Shown one piece after another: positions 8,119-15,160 of a stretch of 64,000 nucleotides of DNA (its first letter is position 1; every line of letters starts with the position of its first letter). The notes beneath the pieces are model-generated. The model was not told the DNA's origin and did not search any database. It was given only the letters and a program-made list of their open reading frames with translations. Location of the stretch: positions 1-64,000 of IMG/VR virus record IMGVR_UViG_3300022591_000004. One strand, 5' to 3'. This DNA is from a virus. The translations under genes and the position numbers were made by a program.

Positions 8119-8218
8119 GTTTGTGTTGGTCACTCCTTGATATGGTCATATATGTGCATAATGTGCTGTGCTGGCTATCACACGTGACAAAACCCACCCA
8201 CCCGCTACCAACACAAAC
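8119..8218. repeat. Inverted-repeat-bounded element D (100 bp)
   Basis: GTTTGTGTTGG 8119-8129 ... CCAACACAAAC 8208-8218, perfect IR. Confidence 0.9.
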
Positions 8219-8237
8219 ATTGCCAGCCTTGTCAAAT

Positions 8238-8280
8238 CTGAGAGTTAGCTGAGAGAGTTATCCACAGAGAGTTATCCACA
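8238..8280. promoter_or_regulatory. CTGAGA tandem and two perfect DnaA boxes in reverse orientation
   Basis: CTGAGA 8238/8249; TTATCCACA 8258 and 8272. Confidence 0.85.
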
Positions 8281-8335
8281 GGCTGCGAGCGCCCAAGTGG
8301 GCAAATATCGACAAATTGACATGTAAATAAAGAGA

Positions 8336-8351
8336 TGTTTCACGTGAAACG
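8336..8351. promoter_or_regulatory. parS-like centromere site
   Basis: TGTTTCACGTGAAACG; 15/16 match to the bacterial parS consensus TGTTTCACGTGAAACA, with a perfect 14-bp palindrome. Confidence 0.8.
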
Positions 8352-8441
8352 CTGATTCGGCTACTATTTAGCTGAGTAGAGAGAGTAAGCGGTGGTAAGA
8401 CCAGATTGCTGGGGGTATCCCGAGTGTTCCTATCGCATAGC

Positions 8442-8642
8442 CTGAGAAGAAGCTGAGTGAGAGCTGAGAGAGACTATCCCTATCCCCTTCCCTATCCCTA
8501 TACCTATATAAAGAAAGGCTCAGAATCGCTTAGGCGCGAAATTTTTATAGGGGGTTGTGGATAACTGCTTGTGGATAAACACCTGTGGATAACTATTTAT
8601 TTATCGTGGTGTGTTGCATTATCCCTTTTTATCCCCTAGTGT
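8442..8642 (+). promoter_or_regulatory. Composite module E: CTGAG x3, three perfect DnaA boxes, promoter
   Basis: CTGAG 8442/8453/8464; TGTGGATAA 8556/8570/8584; TTGCAT 8614, 17 nt, TAGTGT 8637. Confidence 0.85.
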
Positions 8643-8729
8643 CCTGTCTATCAGGTTATGAGTGATAACAAGTAAGCGATTAGGTAGCCCTAGTCCACCT
8701 GATACACCTACCACAACGAAAGGCAACAC

Positions 8730-9023
8730 ATGAACCTCACACAAAAGCAAAATGTCGCTAAAAGCCTGAAAAACGCTAAGGGTATCGCGTGGGATACCTG
8801 CCATAAGATTTATATTCTTATGGACGATAATCAAATGGAACTCATGCGCGGTTATGGCTATGACCCATTGGTTAGCTCAGTAGATACTACCCCTGACGAG
8901 ATGTTGGCTCTTATCGAGGATTGGTTCGACAATTCGTGCGACCTACGTTTCATTGACTCTGTAACTACTGACACCGAGAATCCTAACGCGGGATTTCTTA
9001 CTGTTGTAGGGCAGGATTTCTAA
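8730..9023 (+). CDS. hypothetical early protein
   Basis: 97 aa; GAAAGG RBS; WDTCHKIY and SCDLRFI motifs. Confidence 0.75.
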   Translation: MNLTQKQNVAKSLKNAKGIAWDTCHKIYILMDDNQMELMRGYGYDPLVSSVDTTPDEMLALIEDWFDNSCDLRFIDSVTTDTENPNAGFLTVVGQDF

Positions 9024-9355
9024 TGAGCTATATAAAGAGCCTATTAGAGGATATTAACGCCGAGTGCGAGAACGAAAATATCCCTGTCAAGGCGTTTATT
9101 GCTTATCTAGATAATGACCATATCCCGCTAGGGGAGTGGCAAGACCATATTCCTAACTTCCATGAGGCTTACGTAGGTAAGTACGATTCGGTCGCGGATT
9201 TTGCTTCTGATATGGCTGAGCGCTTGGGCGTATTTACTGAGGCTAGTAGTTATGACTCTTTCTTGGTTCGATACTTTGATTTCGAGGCTTGGGGGCGCGA
9301 TTTATTACAGGGTGATTACTGGGAGATTGACGGTTACTACTTTGGGAGTTACTAA
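9023..9355 (+). CDS. ardA: ArdA-like antirestriction protein (C-terminal domains only)
   Basis: Acidic; FHEAYVGKYDS..DFA...LVRYFDFEAWGRDL...YF matches the ArdA C-terminal signature. Confidence 0.75.
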   Translation: MSYIKSLLEDINAECENENIPVKAFIAYLDNDHIPLGEWQDHIPNFHEAYVGKYDSVADFASDMAERLGVFTEASSYDSFLVRYFDFEAWGRDLLQGDYWEIDGYYFGSY

Positions 9356-9356
9356 G

Positions 9357-9542
9357 ATGAATACACGTCACCACCACGATACCGTCAAGATTCTGTATGA
9401 CGAGTCGGTGCTATGCCTACCGTGTTGGAACGGTCAAGAGGGCGCGATTATCAGCACCGAAGAACGTTGCCCCGAGTGTAGTGGGGCGGATATTCAGGAC
9501 AAGATTACCGAGTGCGATAGTTGCGGAGAGGTTATTAACTAA
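9357..9542 (+). CDS. small Cys-rich zinc-finger protein
   Basis: CLPC, CPEC, CDSC. Confidence 0.6.
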   Translation: MNTRHHHDTVKILYDESVLCLPCWNGQEGAIISTEERCPECSGADIQDKITECDSCGEVIN

Positions 9543-9543
9543 G

Positions 9544-9813
9544 ATGAATAAATGTTACGAATGCGGTTGGTCGGATTCTGATATGGGATTCTTCACCGAA
9601 GAAGCGGGCAAACTGTATTGCTCACTTCACCGCTCGCTATCCATGCAAGAGCTTTCCGAGCTGACCCATGAGACTCAGGTCGAGCGCTTTGGGTTCTGCA
9701 CCTGTGAGGAACAAGAGAACTTTCCTTACTCAGATTGTCCTAGACCCGAGCCCGAAGAAAAAAACGACTGGTCACTCTACGGAGTGCAGAAAGGATACGA
9801 AGACCATGCTTAA
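9544..9813 (+). CDS. hypothetical Cys-containing acidic protein
   Basis: MNKCYECG...FCTCEEQENFPYSDC. Confidence 0.6.
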   Translation: MNKCYECGWSDSDMGFFTEEAGKLYCSLHRSLSMQELSELTHETQVERFGFCTCEEQENFPYSDCPRPEPEEKNDWSLYGVQKGYEDHA

Positions 9814-10060
9814 AGTAAGCTCAGTAAAGCACGAAGACACCGCTTGGGACAAGTTTATTAACCTTACTTATGAAGGTAATGAGTACCGCGCTATTCTCCA
9901 TTGGGATAAGTGGGAAGGGTACGAACTGGTGAGCTTTACAAACCCTAAGGGTGAATGGATTGACACGCCTGAGTGGGCTGTTGATTGGGAAGAACACAAC
10001 GAGAAGAGCCTTAACTATCTATTAGATGAGTTGAGCGACGAAAAACTAAAGGAGAACTAA
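9806..10060 (+). CDS. hypothetical early protein
   Basis: MLKVSSVKHEDTAW...; Trp-rich and acidic. Confidence 0.65.
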   Translation: MLKVSSVKHEDTAWDKFINLTYEGNEYRAILHWDKWEGYELVSFTNPKGEWIDTPEWAVDWEEHNEKSLNYLLDELSDEKLKEN

Positions 10061-10062
10061 AC

Positions 10063-10494
10063 ATGGGATACACACACTACTTTCAGATTCATAAAGAGAT
10101 TGCACCTACGCGCTGGAGCTACTTTATCAAGGGCGCAAATACTATCCTAAGCCACGCATGGGACTTTGCCCTAGAGGGTGAGCTTAATAGTGAGGTCGTA
10201 GTTATCAACGGCATAGGTGAAGAGGGGCATGAGACCCTGTTTATTAGTAGGACTAATACACGCTGGGAATTCGTCAAGACCGCCAAGAAACCTTATGATG
10301 ATGTGGTTACGGCTATCTTAATCCTAGCTCGTTATGTCTTTGATGAAGACTCCTTCTCCCTATCTTCTGACGGTTCATGGTCAGATTGGTCGCTAGGGCG
10401 CGAATTATTTACTGAGGCTATGTTCTTAGAACCTGCCGAGCAAACCGTATTCGGCAACACCAAGCACGTCTTTCCTGAGAGGACTCTCGCATAA
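10063..10494 (+). CDS. conserved phage hypothetical protein (MGYTHY...KT.KKPYD family)
   Basis: MGYTHYF, HETL, FVKTAKKPYD, SSDG motifs; AAGGAG RBS. Confidence 0.8.
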   Translation: MGYTHYFQIHKEIAPTRWSYFIKGANTILSHAWDFALEGELNSEVVVINGIGEEGHETLFISRTNTRWEFVKTAKKPYDDVVTAILILARYVFDEDSFSLSSDGSWSDWSLGRELFTEAMFLEPAEQTVFGNTKHVFPERTLA

Positions 10495-10973
10495 TGCACA
10501 CACTACATTGGATTGCGGTAGAGGCAGATAATGAACCTGAGGCTTTCTCAAAGGCACAAACAGAGATGATTAGCGCGGAAGGCATGTGGTGGGACTGGTA
10601 TGACAATTCTATTGGCGGTCGCTGGGCTAATAATGATTGGTGCAAAATCTATCAAGGCAAAGATATCTTGATTGGTTTAGACCATGTTAAGACTAATCGT
10701 AAAGAAGAAGTTGAGAGAGCGTTAGAGAAGATAGACCTATCTGAGTTTGAGTCTCAACTTAATAATTATGACGGAGAAGATGTAGTCACTACCGATTACT
10801 CCCTGAACCTATGGCGTATTAAAAAGCTCGCGCAGTTATTAGACGGAGAGTGGAATTGCGACTCTTACTTCTATGACATGGTTTATGGAAGCGCGAATAT
10901 GGCAGACCTATTAAAGCGCATAGAGTCTGACCCTGATAAGCAGTTCCTCGTCCCTATTGACTTTCACTTTTAA
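10494..10973 (+). CDS. hypothetical protein (WDWY..GGRW...DFH family)
   Basis: WWDWY..IGGRW and C-terminal VPIDFHF. Confidence 0.75.
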   Translation: MHTLHWIAVEADNEPEAFSKAQTEMISAEGMWWDWYDNSIGGRWANNDWCKIYQGKDILIGLDHVKTNRKEEVERALEKIDLSEFESQLNNYDGEDVVTTDYSLNLWRIKKLAQLLDGEWNCDSYFYDMVYGSANMADLLKRIESDPDKQFLVPIDFHF

Positions 10974-11058
10974 GGAGAACAACAATGAATAACGACGAAA
11001 ATGGTCTAAACATATCTCAGTTTAATATCATAGATATAAAAGTGGAAGCAGGAGAATA

Positions 11059-11223
11059 ATGGAGAAGTTTTATACACCCGCGCAGGTAGCCGAGGCTATG
11101 TCTGTCACAAGAGAGACTATCTATAAGCTGATTAAAGAGGGCAAACTGAACTCATATAAGTTTGGCGGAATGGTACGCATATCAGAGTCACAACTAAGAG
11201 AAGCATTGGAGAGTACCAAGTGA
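11059..11223 (+). CDS. excisionase/BldC-like winged-HTH DNA-binding protein (HTH_17 type)
   Basis: Manually translated MEKFYTPAQVAEAMSVTRETIYKLIKEGKLNSYKFGGMVRISESQLREALESTK; AGGAG RBS. Confidence 0.85.
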   Translation: MEKFYTPAQVAEAMSVTRETIYKLIKEGKLNSYKFGGMVRISESQLREALESTK

Positions 11224-11480
11224 ACTCAACACAAACCACGCCGATTGGCGCGACAGTAATGATTCGCTGGAAGGATATGCCTGAGGAGTTACAGTTTCAG
11301 GAATATATCTCTTTTGGGGAGTACGACGAAGATAGCGAGCAAGATGGTTTTGGCGTTGATGATTTCTTTATCTTCAGCTATGTAGATAGCCTAGAGGAGT
11401 TGCAACGCATGGAAGGAAAGCTAGATAATCTTAATTTTGATTGGTTACTAACAGAAATCGGAGAAGTGCATTATGCGTAA
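11220..11480 (+). CDS. acidic hypothetical protein
   Basis: 86 aa; GTGA overlap. Confidence 0.65.
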   Translation: MNSTQTTPIGATVMIRWKDMPEELQFQEYISFGEYDEDSEQDGFGVDDFFIFSYVDSLEELQRMEGKLDNLNFDWLLTEIGEVHYA

Positions 11481-12375
11481 GTTATTACTAGCCTTAATAG
11501 TGGGTGCGACCCTTGTCTCACCTGCCTATGCTGGTACACCAACGACACCTACGGTTGTCCTTGTGGATAGCGGAGTTAATGACTCGTTGTTTAGCGCGAA
11601 TATCGTTTATGAAGCGTGTTTTATTGAGAATACCACCTGCGCTAACGGCAAAAATTCTATGGAAGGCGTGGGGTCTGCTCAGCAAGTTACCACATCTACT
11701 AATGCTGAGGTTAATCACGGAGAAAATATGCTCTCTATCATGGTTAAAGTTAATCCTAGTATTAAAGTAATTCCTATAAAAATTGTGGGAGTTACGGCGT
11801 TAGGGAATCCCTATCTGTATTCTTTAGCCTCTGTTAAATCCTCGTTGGATTGGGTCGTGGCTAATCAAGCTAAGTTTAATATTGGAGTAGTTAATATCTC
11901 TCAAGGCGCGATATTCGCTGGGTGTGCCGTCCCTGCTGGATTACAGCAAGATATTAACATCTTACAATCAGAGAACGTTCAGGTCGTCGCCGCAACAGGT
12001 AACACCAGTAACAGAGCTCAAATGTTTGCACCTGCCTGCTTGCCTAACGTCATCTCAGTAGGAGCAACGGATAATCCGTGGGGTGGTATGCAACCTTACG
12101 CATGGGACTCAAAAGCTAATCCTAGTATTGGTCTATACAGCAACGGAAACAGTTCTACAACCCTTTACTCGAATGCTCGATACTTTGTTACTCAGCTTAA
12201 TGGAGTGGTGAAGTTTATGGCTGGCACGTCCAACGCCACAGCCGCAGTATCAGCATGGCTTAGCCTCAATAGAGGGGCAAATTGGACAACAACATACAAT
12301 AATCTGATAACATCAGCCTCGGGAACAGCAACCAACCAATGGCTTACGGGTCACTACCTATTCATTAACTCATAA
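11473..12375 (+). CDS. secreted S8 (subtilisin-like) serine peptidase
   Basis: Signal peptide MRKLLLALIVGATLVSPAYA; catalytic D (VDSG), H (NHG), oxyanion AATGN, S (GTSNA). Confidence 0.88.
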   Translation: MRKLLLALIVGATLVSPAYAGTPTTPTVVLVDSGVNDSLFSANIVYEACFIENTTCANGKNSMEGVGSAQQVTTSTNAEVNHGENMLSIMVKVNPSIKVIPIKIVGVTALGNPYLYSLASVKSSLDWVVANQAKFNIGVVNISQGAIFAGCAVPAGLQQDINILQSENVQVVAATGNTSNRAQMFAPACLPNVISVGATDNPWGGMQPYAWDSKANPSIGLYSNGNSSTTLYSNARYFVTQLNGVVKFMAGTSNATAAVSAWLSLNRGANWTTTYNNLITSASGTATNQWLTGHYLFINS

Positions 12376-12385
12376 GGAGAGAGAC

Positions 12386-12655
12386 ATGGCTAAGAAAATA
12401 GAAAAGTCGCTAGACGCGTCACTTACTAAGAACACCTCAGTAGAGCGGGGCGGTGCATGGCTTCTCACCGTAGAAGATGACAATGGCATTAACCACTCAG
12501 CTTGGTCTAATCTTTCAGCCGCTAAACGGTATCTAAAAGCGTACGTTATGGAAAACACGACACGTAAGTCTATTAAGATGGAAATTAAAGCAACAGATGA
12601 AAAAGAAAAGCCAACTCACTTAACAGGTTCTATTGCATGGAAGGTAAATGCTTAA
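12386..12655 (+). CDS. hypothetical basic protein
   Basis: 89 aa; AAGGAG RBS. Confidence 0.7.
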   Translation: MAKKIEKSLDASLTKNTSVERGGAWLLTVEDDNGINHSAWSNLSAAKRYLKAYVMENTTRKSIKMEIKATDEKEKPTHLTGSIAWKVNA

Positions 12656-12840
12656 TGAAAAAAGTAATCCTAGTGGCAACCGCTTTGACCGCGTTTTCTA
12701 TCTCATCAGCGCAGGCAAGCACCCCTAATCTTGCTGGCTATATCTGTGTGGACAAGCAAGGCGTACACCATATGTGGCAGGACGCTTTTAACGGCTCTAC
12801 ATACTGCAAGTTAATTAAGAATCCTAATAAGAAGAGCTAA
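12637..12840 (+). CDS. small secreted protein (probable start MKKV at 12655)
   Basis: Signal peptide MKKVILVATALTAFSISSAQA. Confidence 0.6.
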   Translation: MEGKCLMKKVILVATALTAFSISSAQASTPNLAGYICVDKQGVHHMWQDAFNGSTYCKLIKNPNKKS

Positions 12841-12841
12841 C

Positions 12842-12949
12842 ATGGGATTCGAAAAAGACCCGATTATCCCCGATGAAGATTGGGGCGCTACCGAACCGTT
12901 TACAGGATTCGGAGATGATGAAGATGATTACGGTGAAGACGAAGAATAA
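12842..12949 (+). CDS. tiny highly acidic protein (35 aa)
   Basis: MGFEKDPIIPDEDWGATEPFTGFGDDEDDYGEDEE. Confidence 0.5.
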   Translation: MGFEKDPIIPDEDWGATEPFTGFGDDEDDYGEDEE

Positions 12950-12953
12950 ATAA

Positions 12954-12983
12954 TAAAGCCCCTGATTTATCAGGGGCTTTTTG
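12954..12983. terminator. bidirectional terminator at convergence of early island and RNR
   Basis: AAAGCCCCTGAT-TT-ATCAGGGGCTTTTT. Confidence 0.85.
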
Positions 12984-15017
12984 CTATTGGTTATCTTTAA
13001 TTAATCTTACTTCACACGCGTCTGTTGTGCAGTAAGCCTCGCCCACCGCGTCAGCCGCCATACCAGCATAGACACCAGCAAAATCAATAGGGAAGAGAGT
13101 CATAGTCGCCTCTTCATAATCTTCTTCACTAATCTGAGTGTATGGCATCTGTGGATAAGTAGTGTTTCCTGAAGGCAAGAATGAGACGGTCTTGAGTTGT
13201 CCTTCGTGCATATGAAGAACCCTCTTAATCTCATTACTCTCTGTCTCAGGGTCAAAAGAGACCGTTACTGATACAGAATTATCTGACCACTCGTACTGTG
13301 CGGCGGCGGCTAGATGAATCTTCTCGTAAATAGAGACTTCCTTCTCAGAACGGAGAGCGTCCGACTTGACAGGGAAGAACACTACTGAGGTTGTCTTAGG
13401 AGACTCACTTGCTGGTTCGACACGATAGTTAGCCATCTTAAAGAGAGGCAACATAGGGTCAGAGTTAGCAAAGCGAATTGCACGAAGGAAGAACTTACCG
13501 CCAACAGACCAGTGCACACCTGGGCTCTCACCTGCGAGGATAGAGACTGTTCCTGATGGCTTGACAGTTGTCATCTTGATTGACTCACGAATACCGAGCC
13601 ACTCTGAGTAACCCTTATCGTATTCCTTGACAACAACGTAGCCCTCATCGAGCCACTTGCGAAGAACAGGGAGACCCTTATTATCAGAGAAGTTAGCAAC
13701 ACCTGAGACAGAGGTTCCGATACGACGGTTACGTTGCATGATGGCGTTGGTTTCTTCCCAGTGGGTAGGCAAGAGAGTCACGGTCTTGGCATAGAGATAA
13801 GCAAACTTGAGAGTGCGCTTAAAATCATCTAAGTTATCGTGACGATTAAGATAGGTCTCAACTAGAGTGCAACACTCATACGATTCAAGAGATTGTTCAG
13901 CGCATGGGTTGTATCCCATAGCACGCCAGTCCTTGTTGTTGATACCATCCTTGAGACGACCATACTTTCGTGTGACATCCATCCAGATAACACCTGGCTC
14001 TCCATTGTGGGCGATACCATCCACAATAGCGGAGAGGTCTTGACCTACCGATACCTCAACAGAGTTGTTAGACATCCACGCCCAGCCTGGGTTCTTAGGG
14101 TCATAAGAGTTGCGCTCAGGGAACTTCTCGGCGTTCTTAAGATTGAGGAAGTCTTGGTCGTCAATGCGACCCATCAACAACTCAGCTGAACGACGAACGT
14201 TTCCTGATACAACACAAACGCCAATCATATTTCCGATGTCAGCAATATCCACGCGAGTCAGCTTCTGACCTGCTCGGCCATCGAACATCTTAGTAATGTG
14301 GTTGTGAAGTTTCTCTAGTGGCTCGTGTCCCGCGGCTGTTCCTCCAAAGGTTTTAATCGGAGTACCTGCTGGGCGGATTTCTGAGTAGTCAAAGATAGGC
14401 TTCTTCGTATCTGGCTTAAGGTAGGAATTGAGGAGGGCGGTAAGTGATTCCACCCAGCCTTCTCTGGTGTCAGGAATGACATATGTATCTCCTTGGGTAG
14501 GGGCAAAAATTGCGAAGTCTTTGTCCGCACCTTTGTCGTCGAATCCAACACCTACGCCGAGCATCGACGCCTCCATGAGGAAAGCAAAAGGCTTGGCTGG
14601 GTTGAGCTTGGTCATAGAATCTGTGGAAACAAAGGCACAGTTTTGGAGCGCGGCTGAGTTGCGTTGCTCATTAACAAGCGGAGTACCCATGACCCATAGT
14701 CCGCGTCCTGGTGGTGTCCACTTGAGGTTCCATAGTCGGTCGAAAGCCTCTTTAGCGGAGGCAGCTGCCTTGGAGTCTGACCATGGAAGTCGGTTCAACT
14801 TGGCGTGGTCTTTCTGAAGCGAATACATACCGTTGATGACTCGCTCGCAGACATCTGTCCACGTCTCTTTAGTGCCATCTTCTTTGAGTCGGGAATAGGT
14901 ACGAAGGAAAGTAATCTCTCCTACCGAGTTGCCTGCCGCGTCTTGGTATCCCCACGGAACCTTCTTGTCCCGATATCCTGTCAGGAAATCTTCTGTCAGA
15001 CGGAAAGACAAACCCAT
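12984..15017 (-). CDS. nrdJ: class II (B12-dependent) ribonucleoside-triphosphate reductase
   Basis: PPGRGLW, ALQNC, GNVRRSA, NPCAE, TVKPSGT and C-terminal YCTTDAC motifs. Confidence 0.95.
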   Translation of the reverse strand: MGLSFRLTEDFLTGYRDKKVPWGYQDAAGNSVGEITFLRTYSRLKEDGTKETWTDVCERVINGMYSLQKDHAKLNRLPWSDSKAAASAKEAFDRLWNLKWTPPGRGLWVMGTPLVNEQRNSAALQNCAFVSTDSMTKLNPAKPFAFLMEASMLGVGVGFDDKGADKDFAIFAPTQGDTYVIPDTREGWVESLTALLNSYLKPDTKKPIFDYSEIRPAGTPIKTFGGTAAGHEPLEKLHNHITKMFDGRAGQKLTRVDIADIGNMIGVCVVSGNVRRSAELLMGRIDDQDFLNLKNAEKFPERNSYDPKNPGWAWMSNNSVEVSVGQDLSAIVDGIAHNGEPGVIWMDVTRKYGRLKDGINNKDWRAMGYNPCAEQSLESYECCTLVETYLNRHDNLDDFKRTLKFAYLYAKTVTLLPTHWEETNAIMQRNRRIGTSVSGVANFSDNKGLPVLRKWLDEGYVVVKEYDKGYSEWLGIRESIKMTTVKPSGTVSILAGESPGVHWSVGGKFFLRAIRFANSDPMLPLFKMANYRVEPASESPKTTSVVFFPVKSDALRSEKEVSIYEKIHLAAAAQYEWSDNSVSVTVSFDPETESNEIKRVLHMHEGQLKTVSFLPSGNTTYPQMPYTQISEEDYEEATMTLFPIDFAGVYAGMAADAVGEAYCTTDACEVRLIKDNQ

Positions 15018-15160
15018 TTCGACCTTCTCTCTTTGTAGTTAGCACCCCATCATGCGGGGAGTGTATAAGTTTAGCGATGCGTTACAGTAATGCACAGGCA
15101 GACTAAGTGCCAATTGGGGCACACGCGATTCCATAGGAGCTTTATCACTCCTATCGCATA

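Noticed and set aside
5047-8218. CRISPR array or mini-array formed by GTTTGTGTTGG repeats, with the Cas4-like gene at 27088-27966
   Set aside because: The repeats are inverted pairs separated by genes, not direct repeats with 30-40-nt spacers; the Cas4-like nuclease sits in the recombination cluster and no other cas genes are present
5047-8218. MITEs or integron attC sites
   Set aside because: No target-site duplications or transposase; GTT...AAC polarity is opposite to attC (RYYYAAC...GTTRRRY); no integrase seen
8208-8235. Leftward promoter from the reverse TTGACA at 8230-8235
   Set aside because: No TANNNT at 16-18-nt spacing
5068-8252. ORFs 5068-5256, 6301-6534, 7015-7305, 7020-7226, 7943-8197 and 8046-8252
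   Set aside because: They lie over the regulatory modules, lack RBS, and are chance open frames
8020-8729. Captured bacterial oriC or a chimeric host contig
   Set aside because: No dnaA, dnaN or rpmH context; boxes recur in six phage promoter modules and the flanks are phage genes
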